Notes: generated by a model from the letters alone, not told the origin. DNA of 64,000 nt from Chiloscyllium plagiosum (GCF_004010195.1 NC_057711.1:76703674-76767673), one strand, 5' to 3'; counted from the first letter of the stretch, positions 24,851 to 37,355 are shown. Numbers and translations: made by a program.

Positions 24851-26837
24851 CATTATTTTATGTTTCCCATTTTACTATTGGTGAACTCTGATTTGTAAAA
24901 ATTGTAACAGAAGTATTGTAAAGTTAAACCAACAGTGGCAATTATTTCACACACTCATGGATGCCATTAGTAGGGGAGAGGGCATAATTTTCAAAGCAGG
25001 CATGCTTGCAAATATGTAGGTGGATACAAATTGAAAGAGAATATTAGCTTGCAACAATTTTAAACACAAAACAATGGAGGGATACCAGTTTATCAATGTC
25101 CTTGCTTAAGATAGTGTCCAAAAGTGACAAACTAAAATTAGCAGACATGTTCTCTCCAATCGGTGTGGCTGACCTTGGAGGGCCAAGGCATACCTTATGT
25201 ATGTTAGACCACAAACACCTAAAACCTCACCCACCATTCAATAGGATTGTGACTGATCTGACATTCATCATATCCACTTTCCTGCCCTTCCCCCATGGTT
25301 TCCTTGATTTCTGTACTGATCAAGAATCTTTTTTGCGCAGCTTTAAGTATACACGATGACTCTGCCCTCACAACTGTCAATGGTAAGGAGTTCCAAAGAC
25401 ACTCAACCCTCTCAGAGAAGAAATTCCTCCTCATATCACCGTAAATTGGCACCCTTTATTCTGAGACTATGCCCTTTGGCCCGAACTCTCCCATGAGTAG
25501 AAATTTACTCAACATTTACCATGTCACATCCTTTAGGAACCCTATATTTTTCAATGAGATTACCTTCCATTCTTCTGAACTCCAGTGAGTAGAATTCCAG
25601 ACTGGTTAGTCTTTGGTGATAAGATGATCAAAGGATCACCCTAGTGAACTGTCCCTGAGCTGCTTCCAATTGAATGATATCTTTCCTTAAATAAGGGGAC
25701 TCTCGAAATTGCTCTCTTGATATGGTCTCACCAGCATTTTGTACAGTTGCAGTAGGACTTTGCTATTGTTATTATCTAACCTCCTTAAAATAAGTACCAA
25801 CATTCCATGAGCCTTCTTGATCATCTGATACATTTTGAACTAGCTTTCTTTGTTTCATGTACAAATTCCCCCAATTCCTGTGTGTTGCAGCTTTCTGCAG
25901 TTTTGCTACATTTAAATAATATTCTGTTCTTCTGTTTTCCCATCCAAAATTAACAACTTTCCCTCTAGCCACCCTGGTTGAAATTTCTTCAAAAAAAACT
26001 TTAATAAGTTAATCAGAAATGATTTCCCTTTCTTGAGGCCATGCTGAATCTGCTTGATTAGATTATGTTTTTCCAAATGTTCTGCTATTACTTTCTTACT
26101 AATCGATCCCAATACGTTTCCAACATAGATGTTAGGCTAATGGGTCTTTAGATGCCACTTTTTTGTCTCCATCTCTTGTTGAATAGGGATGTCATATTAG
26201 TAGATTTCCAGTCCTTTGGCACTTCTCCAACATCCAAGGAAGTTTGGAAAACTATAACCATTGCATCTACTATCATGATAGCTACTTTTTCTAGGATCCA
26301 AGGATGCAAGCCAGCATAGCCAGGGGACTTATCTGCCTTTAGCATCATTAGTTTGTTGATTTCTTTAGTGATGGTGATGCTACTTAATTCCTCCCCTGTA
26401 TTCTTTACTTTTAATAGAACATTCAAGTCATCTTCCACCATAAGCACTGATGCGAAGTATTTGTTTAACTCCTGTCCCATTTCCTTGTTCCCATACAAAT
26501 TCCCTGGGTTGATCTTCTGAAGGACCTGTGTTCACTTTGACCTCTCTGTTCCTTTTTTATAAATTTACAGAAGTGCTTATAAGTTTCTACATTCCTCATA
26601 GTTTGCCCCCAAAATTTTATTTTCTCTATCTTTATTATCCTCTTAGTCCTCCTTTGCTAGATTCTGAATTTATCCCCTTATATGCTTTTTCTTTCAAACT
26701 AATATTCCCATTAACTTCCTTGGCTAGCCATGGTTGGTTTATCTCTCTCTTAGAATCTTTGCTTATTAATTGGATGTATTTTTGCTGAGAATCATTACTT
26801 ACCTTCTTAAATATCTGCTACTGCTTGACTACTATCA

Positions 26838-27732
26838 TAGAGTTATAGAGTCATAGAGTCATAGCATGAAAACAGACCCTTTGGTCCACTCGTCCATGCC
26901 GACTAGATATCCCAACCTAATCTCATCCCATTTGCTAGCACTTGGCCCATATCCCTCCAAACCCTTCCTCTTCATGTATCCATCCCGATGCCTTTTAAAT
27001 GTTGCAATTGTACCAGACTCCACTACTTCCTCTGGCATCTCATTTCATACATGCACCACCCTCTGCGTGAAAAAGTTGCCCCTTAGGAGCCTTTTATATC
27101 TATCCCCTCTCACCCTAAATCTATGCCCTCCAGCTTTGGACTCCCCCACTCCAGGGAAAAGACTTTGTCTATTTACCCTATTCATGCCCCTTATTATTTT
27201 ATAAACCTCTATAAGGTCACCTGTCAGTCTCTGACGCTCCAGGGAAAACAGCCCCAGCCTGTTCAACCTCTTCCTATAGCTCAAATCCTCCAACCCGGAG
27301 GATCACTACAGATGAACCTCAATTATCGAGTTTCACAACATTCTTCCAATAGGAGGGGGACCAGAATTGCACACAAAATTTCAGAAGTGGCCTAACCAAT
27401 GTCCTGTACAGCTGCAACATGATCTCCCAACTCCTATACTCAATAGTCTGACCAATAAAGGAAAGCATGCCAAACACCTTCTTCACTATCTGATCTGCCT
27501 GCAACTCTACTTTCAAGGAGCTTTGAACCTGCACTCGAAGATCTCCTTGCTTTTCCAAAATGCAGCACCTTGCATTTATCTAAATTAAACTCCATCTGCC
27601 ACTCCTCAGCCCATTGGCCTATCTGATCAAGATGCCTTTGTAATCTGAGGTAACCTTCTTCGCTGTCCACTTCACCTCCAATTTCGGTGTCACCTGCAAA
27701 CTTACTAACTATATCTCCTATAGTCATATCTA
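26838..27732 (-). mobile_element. Younger CR1 3' portion nested in the old CR1
   Basis: (catagagt)n tail at ~26838-26862; highly similar to 19937-20880; ORFs 27045-27727. Confidence 0.9.
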
Positions 27733-27938
27733 ACTGTCATTCTAGCTAATCTATTTTCACTGCATTCATTCATGAGCATGTGATAATGAAGGCCATTCAG
27801 TTCTATTCTACTGGCCTAATTCACTTTCGTCAGCTCTTTCATTGTAATTCCCTTCATTTCTGTGAAACACAGTTGTTTTTGACCCACGTTCCTCACATTT
27901 GAAACTGAATATTCAAATTTATCATGTTAAGATCACTA

Positions 27939-28112
27939 CAGATGAACCTCAATTATCGAGCATTCGATTATCCTAATATCGGTTGATCTGGCAAGATCGC
28001 AATGATCCAATGCTTGGCTAAAGTATGTTATCCGGCATTCAATTATCCAGAATTCGATTAACTGAACGAAATACTGTCCGCCTGTGTCTTTCACTTAACT
28101 GCGGCTCCTCTG
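27939..28112. mobile_element. Tigger/pogo-like MITE
   Basis: TA|cagatgaacctc...ggctcctctg|TA with internal (cgattatcc) repeats; same family as 49813-49971. Confidence 0.85.
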
Positions 28113-28408
28113 TACTCCCAAATGATATTTTGCTCTGAGGTCATTTATCAAACCTGCCTCATTACTCATTACCATTTCCAAGATAATGTACCCCCTAGTT
28201 GATTCCATGACCTATTGCTCTAAGAAACTATCCCTATTGCACTCCATGAATTTTTTGTCTTAGCTACCCTTTCTAAATTAATTAATCCAATCAACATGAA
28301 GATTAAAGTCATCCATAATTATTGCTCTATTCTTTTTACTTGCTCTTATATGTTGATTTATTGCTTTTCTATAGTGTGCCTACTGTTTGGGGTTCTGTAC
28401 ATTAATTA

Positions 28409-28590
28409 AAAATGTGTTGCTGGAAAAGCACAGCAGGTCAGGCAGCATCAAAGGAACAGGAGAAACGACGTTTTGGGCATAAGCCCTTTCTGGAAAAGCG
28501 CAGCAGGTCAGGCAGCATCAAAGGAACAGGAGAATCGACACATTTTTAAGCTCTGATCTCCAGCATCTGCAGTCCTCACTTTCTCCTAGT
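28409..28590. mobile_element. Penelope-like terminal-repeat fragment, tandem plus inverted pieces
   Basis: Two tandem copies of ctggaaaagc(a/g)cagcaggtcaggcagcatcaaaggaacaggagaa, with the antisense hammerhead 3' half gacgttttgggcataagccc between them, then a + orientation tail ctccagcatctgcagtcctcac. Confidence 0.75.
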
Positions 28591-30149
28591 TCTGTACATT
28601 ACACCTACCAATGTCGCCTTTTCTTTGCTGTTTTTTATTTCCACCCAAGTGGGTTCTACATCATCCGAGACTAGATCATCTCTCACAATTGTCCTCATTT
28701 AATATCTCATTAATAATGCTACACGACCACTTATCCATCTCTCCTGTCTCTCCGACAGGTTAAATATCCCTGAATGTAATGTTCCAGTTTTGAATGCCTT
28801 GTAATCATGTTTCTGTAATGGTTATGAGATCATATCAATTTACCTTGATTTACACTGTCAGTTAATCAACCTTATTCCAAATTCTTAGTGTATTAAGATA
28901 CAAAGCTTTTAAGTTTATTCTATCATCCAATTCCCTACACTTTGATTTTTCCTTGGTATAATATGATATTCACACATTTGGACGCTTTTGTTTTCTGTAG
29001 ACAATCAGCCTCATCATAATCTGCAGTCTTACGTTCTCATTTACCTTTAACTTTCTAATTTTACATGCAACTGAACACCACCCTGCCAACTATTTAGTTT
29101 AAAACCTTATCCATAGTGTAGTTATGCAATTCACCAGGACTCTGGCCCAAGCATGATTCAGGGGGAGCCCATGACATTGGAACAGTGCCTTCTTTTCCCA
29201 GTACTGGGTCAATGTCCCGTGAATTTGAACCCACAACAATCTTTGCAACGTTTGTTTCAGCTTTCTTCAATCTTGTTGATCGTATGCCAATTAACCCATG
29301 GTTTAGGTAGTATTCCAGAGATCATTAACTTTATTATTTCTGTTTTCTAATTTAGCTCCTAGCTGCTCATATTTCCTCAGCAGAACCACTTTCCTCTTTC
29401 CACCTATACAATTGGTACCTATGTCAACCATGCCAACTGGATCATTCTCCTCACACTTCAAGTTCCTCTGTTGCCCAGATGAGACATCATGAACCAGGGC
29501 ATCAGGCAGGCAACACAGCCTTTGGGATTCACAATCCTGGCCATAGAGAACAGTAGCTATTCCCTAATTATACTATCACTGATTACAACTACATCGCTCT
29601 TTTCTTCCCACTCTTGAATTTCTCCCTGGACCATGGTGCTATGGTTAGTTTACTCATCTTCCCTGCAGCCTGCACTCTCTTCCATACAGGGAGCAAGGAT
29701 CTCAAACCTGTTAGACAAGCTCAATAGCTGAGACTTCTGGTATCCTCGGCCTGCCTTGCTCCTGGTACCCTCAAACTGCCTCGCTCGTGGTCACATCCTT
29801 CCCCCCATGTGCACACTGACAGAATATAAGGTATCTAATCTAAAGGATGTCACTTCCTCATGAAACACTGCATCCACATAACTCCCCATATAAGATCATC
29901 CATATAAGATGATGCAATGTTCAAAGTTGAAACACCAGCTCAGAGCTGGGGTTCCTTAAGCAACCAAAGTTTGCCACAAATGTAATTACTATGAAATACA
30001 ATGAGATTCAGTACCTCCCATATTATACAACACATCATCTGATCCTGTTGTATTTACTTAGTTCTCAATTTATTTTCATTTTTACCTGCTACTGGTCTCT
30101 TAGTTTTTAAAAAGTAAAACGTCTCCCCTAAAAAAACTCTTTTAAAATA

Positions 30150-31095
30150 ATACATGATTACCTTTGCGGATGATATAAAAATAAGTAGAGGGATAGGTAG
30201 TATAGAGGAGGCGGGGATCCTGCAGAAGGATTTGGACAGGTTAGGAGAGTGGGCAAGGGAGTGGCAGATGGAGTACAACATGGGAAAGTGTGAAGTTATG
30301 CACCTTGGTCGGAAGATTTGTGGCATGGACTATTTTCTAAATGGGGTGAAAATTTAAAAGTCTGAAGTGCGAAGAAACTTGGAAGTTCTAGTCCAGGATT
30401 CTCTCAAGGTAAACTTACAGGTTGAGTCATTAGTTAGGAATGCAAATGCAATGATGGCATTTATTTCAAGAGGATTTGAATATAAAAGCAGGGATGTACT
30501 TCCAAGGCTCTATAAGGTTCTGGTCAGGCCACATTTTGAGTATTGTGCGCAGTGTTGGGCTCCATATCTCAGGAAGGATGTACTAGCCCTGGAGTGCATT
30601 CAGAGGAGAATCACGAGAATGTTCCCAGGAATAACAGCTTAACATATGAGGAACATTTGAGTATTCTGGATTTATACTCAATGGAGTTTAGAAGGATGGG
30701 GAGGTGATCTAATTGAAGCTTACAGAATACTGAATATCCTAGACAGTGTGGATATTGGGAAGCTGCTTCCATTGGTAGTGGAGACTAGGACCTGAGGGCA
30801 CAGCCTTAGGGAAAAGGGAAGACCTTTTAGAATGGAGATAAGGAGAAACTTCTTCAGCCAGAGAGTGGTGAATCTATGGAATTCACTGCCACAGAAGTGG
30901 AGGCCAGGTCATTGAGTATATTTAAGATGGAGATAGATCAGTTCTTGATTGTAAAGGGGATCAAGGGTTACAGGGAGAAAGCAAGAGAATGTGATTGAGA
31001 AACTCATCAGCCATGATTGAATGTCAAAGCAGACTCAATGGGCCGAATGGCCTAATTTCTGCTCCTATGTCTTATGATTTTATGGTCTTATGATG
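30150..31095 (+). mobile_element. CR1 LINE 3' portion
   Basis: ORFs FADDIKIS..LQKDLDRLGEWA and YKVLVRPHFEYCAQ; tail (tcttatg)n-like at ~31065-31095. Confidence 0.9.
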
Positions 31096-31105
31096 ATAGT
31101 CAATT

Positions 31106-31176
31106 TAGCAGTTATTACCAACCAATGAATATACTGTTTTCCTGTGTATTATGCTGGGCCCCTGATCCTGGGCTTC
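31106..31176 (+). repeat. 71-bp direct duplication of 32660-32730
   Basis: tagcagttattaccaaccaatgaat(a/g)tactgttttcctgtgtattatgctgggcccctgatcctgggcttc, 70/71 identical. Confidence 0.95.
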
Positions 31177-31639
31177 CAACTTACCATGTTAAAAAAAACT
31201 TACGGTCTATGAACCTAAAAAGCAGGCAAAAAGCATCTCTTGCCCTCTGCACAGAATTCCCACACTGCTCCAAAATCCCAGAAATACATGTATTCACTCA
31301 TGTTGTGCCTCATTGCGAATGTGATCTCTCCTTCCTGATAATGCAAAATTTACTGCCTTAGCATTTGTGGAGGGAAAACCAGAGTTAATATTTTGACGAA
31401 TGAATCTTGCTTGGAACTCTTGTATGAAGTGTTAATTGTTTGGTGTCCATATTGTCTTATCTTTTATTATGTTCTAGATTTTCTCTCATTGGACACCTGT
31501 GGTGAAACATCACACACTTTAATAGCCCTCAGTTCAAGAACATGCCAGTCATATAGTGTCTCTAGCATTGACATTTCTTCCTTCACCTGCCCCATTGAGT
31601 CTGGGTTCTCCCAAATATTTGATTATACCAAATAAACAC

Positions 31640-31853
31640 AGAAAGAACTGCGGATGCTTTAAATCCGAGACAAAAACAGGAATTGCTGGAAAAGTTCAGC
31701 AAGTCTGGCAGCATCTGTGAAGAGAAGTCAGAGTTAACGTTTTGGGTCCAGTGACCCTTCTTCAGTTCTGAGGAAGGGTCACTGGACCCGAAATGTTAAA
31801 ACTGATTTCTCTTCACAGATGTTGCCAGGCCTGCTGAACTATTCCAGCAATTC
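31640..31853. mobile_element. Penelope-like palindromic element with back-to-back hammerhead cores
   Basis: ~86-bp arms 31680-31765 and 31768-31853 with a 2-nt spacer; the + arm reads CTGAGGA-A-GGGTC-actg-GACCC-GAAA-tgtt. Confidence 0.8.
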
Positions 31854-33199
31854 TGATTTAATTGTGCCATTTCTTTTTCTCATGTACGAGTTCTTATTGA
31901 CATGATCCATATATATCAGGTTAGCTTTCATATATATGTTCCTGACATTAGGCTCTACTATATCATCATCTCTAGCAATTAATCACCTCTCTTGACTTTT
32001 CCAATAGCTTGTTGACTCCTAGTATGAATGAGCCAAAATTTCCATCTATTAAACACAGCACAGATAATGGCCTTTACCTTCAGTCTCTGTTGTGAATTGT
32101 ATACCCTCCTCAACCATTGTCACTGGTTCAGCCAGGCTGTTTTTAACTTTGTCACCCTATTTGACTCCTGTTGTTGTCATCTCTAATAATGCTATTCAAA
32201 TAAATGTAGGTATTTTTCAGTTAAAAATGTTCATTAAACTGCAGGGTGTTTAACGGATGAGTTAGGACATGAAAGAGAAAGCAAGATTAATGTTTTTAAT
32301 ACAATTCTTTATTAAAGCTGAATGAAAAAAAAAGCCCAAAGGATGATAATAGCATAAAATAGACAGGAGTGGAAATATGTAAAATATTTTCACAAAGTAA
32401 ATAGACTTAAAGTTTTGCAGGTCCGGCATTAAATCTGAAAACATTTAACATGTATTGAATATGCAATCAGTCATTAAGATATGGCTCTACTATTGAAGGG
32501 AAAGATCAGAATGTGCTTGGAAGAATCCAGCAATAATCGAGTTTATGTGTCAAGCTCTTGGAGACCATGTTTATTCCCTGAGGGCTGAAGAGCACCCTCG
32601 GGCAGAGTGAGTAATTGGGTAAACTTTGCATTTCCAACAAGAATACTGCTCTGTTAAAATAGCAGTTATTACCAACCAATGAATGTACTGTTTTCCTGTG
32701 TATTATGCTGGGCCCCTGATCCTGGGCTTCATCTCAGGCACCATCTCAGACTCCGTCCACAAGCAGGAAACAGAAAATCACAGAAATATCCCTTTTTACC
32801 CAAAGTTTACACTGAACATTTTGTTGAAATTCTGTTCTGGAGGCCTTGTTGTAGTTTGGGGCTTGTGTTTGTTTTGTTGTGGAATTTTGTCCTGTGCCAG
32901 CTTAAATTCATTCCAGAATTGTGCTCCAAACATATCAACAGGCAGTAAAAGCCCAGAGGACTTCTCCACCAAATTCTCATTGTACACTTGCAATACGTGA
33001 AACCCATTAATAGGAGCAATGTTTGTAACATCTATCTTGTGATCTGTCTCAAAAACTCACTTTCATTACACATATGCTTCAATATCATTCACAAACTGCA
33101 GTAATATAATGCTATTAAACATATGCAGTAGGTACCCAAAATAAAACTTGAACAGATTGCTAGTAATCACCACAGAGGGTATATACTATGGTGATACAA

Positions 33200-34700
33200 A
33201 CTTGAAATTTGGAACACCATTTGGCCCATTGAGCCTGTTCTGCTGTCAACAAGATCATGGCTGATCAGTTTGCTTTAGATTCTACTTTTCAATCTACCCC
33301 TTTGATAATCTTTGATTCACATACCTATCAAGAATCTCTCAGTCTCTGCCTCCATTTCAATATGGGGCAGACAGTTACAAAGTCACACAACCTCATCGCG
33401 CTTTTAAAAGGGCAACTTCTAATTTTTGAATAGTACTTCCTTGTTCTTGTCTCACCCACAAGAGCAAACGTCCTTTCCACGCCTGCCTTGTCAAGATTAT
33501 CAAGGATCTTATATGTTTCAACCAAGTGAGTTCTCACTCTTCTAAATTCCAATGGAAATAAACCCAATCTGTCCAACTTATTCTCATGGATAACCTATTC
33601 ATCCAAGTATAAATCTAGTAAAACACTTGAGAACCATGTCTAACACATTTGCATCCTACCTTAATCTATTTTCCCAATCAACCAGCTTAGAGACGTTATT
33701 GCAGACCTCTGTAGCAGGTGGGACTTGAACCTGTGCCTCCCAGTCAAGGTTCCACTGCGCCATTACATCCTTCATTAAATATGGAGGCCAAAGCTGCACA
33801 CCCTCTCCAGATTTGGTCTGACCAATGCTGTGTATAACTAAAGGATTGACACCAATGTTCGATTCCTCTTCCAATAAAAAATTGTATTTCATTGGCCTCC
33901 TAAGTACTTGCTCTACTCTGTACACTAAGTTTTGTGACTCATGCTGTAGAAACGCCTAGATTCCTCTGCAGCTCAGAATTCAACAGTGGTTCTCTGTTTC
34001 TATAGTACTCTGCTGTTTTATTCATATTGCTAAAGTGAACTTTACATATTGTGCCTTATATTTAATCTGACAGATTTTTGCCCACTAGCCTAATCTATCT
34101 ATAACTGTCTGCAATCTCCTATGTCATCCACCCAACATACATTCTGACCTGAAATAAAACAAAATATTGCAAATGCTGAAATGCTGAAGATCTGAATGAA
34201 AAACAGAAATTTCTGAAGAAACAGACCAAATCTGGCTGCATCTATAGAAAGAAAGAAATTGAGTTAAATATTGAGTCCAACATGAAGCTAAAGAAGTCAC
34301 ATCCTACCAATTGTAAAAAATGCCCATTTAAGCATACTCTCTGTTTTCTGCCAGCCAGCCAATCTTCTATCCATGCTGATATGTTACCTCCAACCATGAG
34401 CTACTTCTCTGCACAGTAACCTTTGGATGGCACTTTGTCAATTGCTTTGGAAATTCAAGGGTAGTATATCTACAAGATTCCCTTTATCCAAAACATATGT
34501 TATCCCTTGAAAGAACTCCAGTAAACTGGCCAAACATGATTTTTCTTTTATTAAAAAACATGCTGCGTCTTCTCACTAACTTCAAACTTTGCTAAGTTCT
34601 CAGCTGTAACCTCCTGAATGGTTATTTCTAACACCTACTCCATGACAGATGACAAGCTAACTAGCATATAATTTTCTACTTTCTGTCATGCTCCATTTTT
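33200..34700 (-). mobile_element. Old CR1 3' portion with nested SINE (~33655-33760) and Penelope-like fragment (~34150-34290)
   Basis: ORF 33328-33576 DRLGLFPLEFRRVR.HLVETYKIL; the SINE carries the antisense B-box gggacttgaacc. Confidence 0.7.
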
Positions 34701-35440
34701 GAATTGACAAGTTATAAATTGCTACTTTCATTACATGGCTTTGATAACCACACACATATTGCTTGGTAAAGCATGAAATTAAAAGTAGTCGTTGTTGCAA
34801 CAGCTATAACTGTACTATTTGTTGACGAAACCCTAAAAAAGCATTCATCAGAAAAGGCCATCGGATGTGGTAACTGTTTCCTGTGAAATCTATCACTTTG
34901 TTTGAAAGTGACTGAGTATGTTGAAAAGTATTACAAGGCATTTACAGCACAGAAACAGACTATTAGTCCAACAGTTCCATGCTCCACATAAACCTTTTCC
35001 TACCTCTCTTTGTCTGAAGTCAGCAATATATATCTCTATTACTTTCTCGCTAATATATTTTCAGCTTTTCATTGAATATATCAATGTATTCCTTTCAACT
35101 GTTTTCTATGAAAGCAAATTTCAAAGTGTAACCACTGTGTCCAAGCATAGAGGTTCTCCTTACTTCCGTCATGAGTTTATGTGTTACTCTCATACATTTG
35201 TGAGTTGTATCAAGGCTGGTTATCTCAGAGTAGACACATGGCATGTAGATTAAAATTCATGTCAAAAGCATCGGGTTTGATCCCCATTCTGGCTGAGGTA
35301 CACCTTGGCTTGCCTCTTCAACCTCTCCATGATTTGTTGATTAACCATCAAAACCTGCCTTCAGGGAGGTAACCTGAGGATAGGATCTTATATTTATGAC
35401 TTCTAGTTTGGGTTTAACTTATACTTAGCAACAAATGTGT

Positions 35441-35730
35441 GGGTGGCACGGTGGCACAGTGGTTAGCACTGCTGCCTCACAGCGCCAGAGACCTGGGTTC
35501 AATTCCTGCCTCAGGTGACTCTCTGTGGGTTTGCGTGGGTTTGCTCCGGTTTTTTCCCACAATCCAAAAAGAAATGTGCAGGTTAGGTGAATTGGCCATG
35601 CTAAATTGCCTGTAGTGTTAGGTGAAGGGGTAAATGATGGGTCTGGGTGGGTTATGCTTCGGCGGGTCAGTGTGGACTTGTTGGGCCGAAGGGCCTGTTT
35701 GCACACTATAAGTAATCTAATCTAATCTAA
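35441..35730 (+). mobile_element. HE1-type V-SINE (tRNA-derived, CR1 tail)
   Basis: A box tggcacagtgg, B box ggttcaattcc, V-domain gcgtgggtttgctccggttt..cccacaatccaaa, CR1-like gggccgaagggcctgttt tail and (taatc)n. Confidence 0.9.
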
Positions 35731-35799
35731 AAAAATGCCTGTGTTTAGCCCATAAATTCCTTCCTTGGACTTAAAGGTCACCCATCAAACTCATTGTCT

Positions 35800-36110
35800 T
35801 GACTCAGTAGGTTCCAGTTTTGTCTCAGAATTACAAGGTACGGTGTTCAAGTCTTGAGCACAAAGATCTCTGTTGGTACTGCAAAGACAAAGCACTATTT
35901 CAGGTGAGATACTAAATCAAGGCCTTATCTATCTGCATCAGATAGATGTAAATAATCCCATGGTATTTCAAAAAACGAACTGTTAGGTTCCGGTAATGAT
36001 TACTTCGCAATTGGCATTACATAAAATAGATTGCTGCTTGTGGGAGTTTGTTATTTACCAATTCCATTGCATTGGTTATCACATAATGACAGTGATTATC
36101 TGAATATGAA
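35800..36110 (+). mobile_element. Deu-domain SINE relic (SacSINE1/AmnSINE-like)
   Basis: tttcaggtgagatactaaatcaaggcctt..tctg..tcagatagatgtaaataatcccatgg resembles the Deu core as I recall it (tttcggatgagacgttaaaccgaggcccc...gtaaaagatcccatgg). Confidence 0.55.
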
Positions 36111-36329
36111 AGGTTAGAGTTTATAGACTACAAAGAACAGGAGTAACAGGCACATAGAATTGACTATGAACACATAGTAGTAGGAAGAGTTCCTTTTCAA
36201 ACTAGTGAAAGGTTTATCTGGAGGTCCCGTGGGACTTAGGAGAGCTGCTCTTCCTTCTTACTTAGTCATGTCCCAGACCTTGATTTATAGGAGACAGTAT
36301 CAAAACTGTGATGATACAAAATGTGCAAG

Positions 36330-37355
36330 TGCTGTGAATCACCATGACGATGATGTCAAAATTCCAATGAAAGTAGACAAGATAATAGAAAGATTAGACA
36401 AGTATCAGATTAAATGTAATGAAGGGAGGCATAAAGCAATTAATTTGCTAGGTAAAGTCACCATAGTTTCTCCAGACCATAGGGCTAGTCTTTCAATAGG
36501 GAGAGAAGTCTGATAGTGGCTTTAACCTAACGATCAGCACATCTCAAAAGAGGTGAGAGGTTGAGTTCTTCATGGTAACTTCAGCTGGCATAGGAATTAA
36601 ACCCACACTGTTGACATCACTTTGCATTACAAACTAACATTACAAAGCAACCCCCATTTTGGTAGGAAGAGTGCAGAGAGACAATGCAAAGTAAAAAGTA
36701 TAATTATAAATCAGGTGTAGGAACAGAAGAATCAGAATTTATATCTGCATAAATCGTTGAAGGTGACAGGACAGGTTGAGAATGTGGTTAATAAATCAAA
36801 TGGCAACTTGAGGCATAGAGTAAAAATAAAAAAACTTATATTAAACCTATAGAATATACTGATTTGACTTCATTTGTAGAATTGCATCTAGTTTTGGACA
36901 GCATATTTTAGGAAGGAGAGACCGTAGAAAAGATTCACCAGGATATTACGAGGGATGAGGAAGTTTAGCTACATGGATGGATTAGAATGTTCTCCTTAGA
37001 GAAAGTTCAGAGGAGATTTGATAGAAATATTGAAAATCACGAGTGTTCTAGACCAGGTAGATACAGAAAAATTGGTCCCATTAATGAAGGGTCAAGAATC
37101 AGAGGGTACAGATTCAAGGTAATAGGTAAATTAATCAATGTTGGCAAATGAAGAAAAAAATTCACACAAAGAATGCTTAGGATTTAGAAACTACTGCCTG
37201 AGGGTAAGGTAGAGGTCAGGTCAATCGAGGCAATTAAAGGGAATCAGATCATTACCTGAAAAGCCACAATGTACACGGTTTTGGGAAAAAGGCAGGAGAA
37301 TGTTAGCAATGACGTGACAGGATGAAGCTCACTTTCTGCCCTATAGCTTCTCTAT
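36330..37355 (+). mobile_element. Old CR1 3' portion with nested minus-strand SINE (~36445-36650)
   Basis: Degenerate DDTK, KIHQDI and RGDLIEILKI; a related SINE copy lies at ~35212-35370. Confidence 0.65.

Larger units (their letters stand above)
25200..31330 (-). mobile_element. Old near-full-length CR1 (ORF1 esterase + ORF2) carrying nested insertions
   Basis: 3' end at ~25200 (NFFSERVECLWNSLP); RT/tether KSPGYAGLHP at 26148-26498; EN pieces at 27740-28900; ORF1 SGNH-esterase relic LCCLPDA.V..DPV.MVDIGTN at ~29400-29570; presumed 5'UTR to ~31330. Confidence 0.75.

Noticed and set aside
28415-28540. Direct repeats resembling a CRISPR array
   Set aside because: Only two units, no unique spacers, no cas genes; eukaryotic Penelope-like repeat.
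35441-35515. tRNA gene
   Set aside because: The A/B boxes continue into a V-domain and CR1 tail; these are SINE heads (also 43813 and 58737), not tRNAs.
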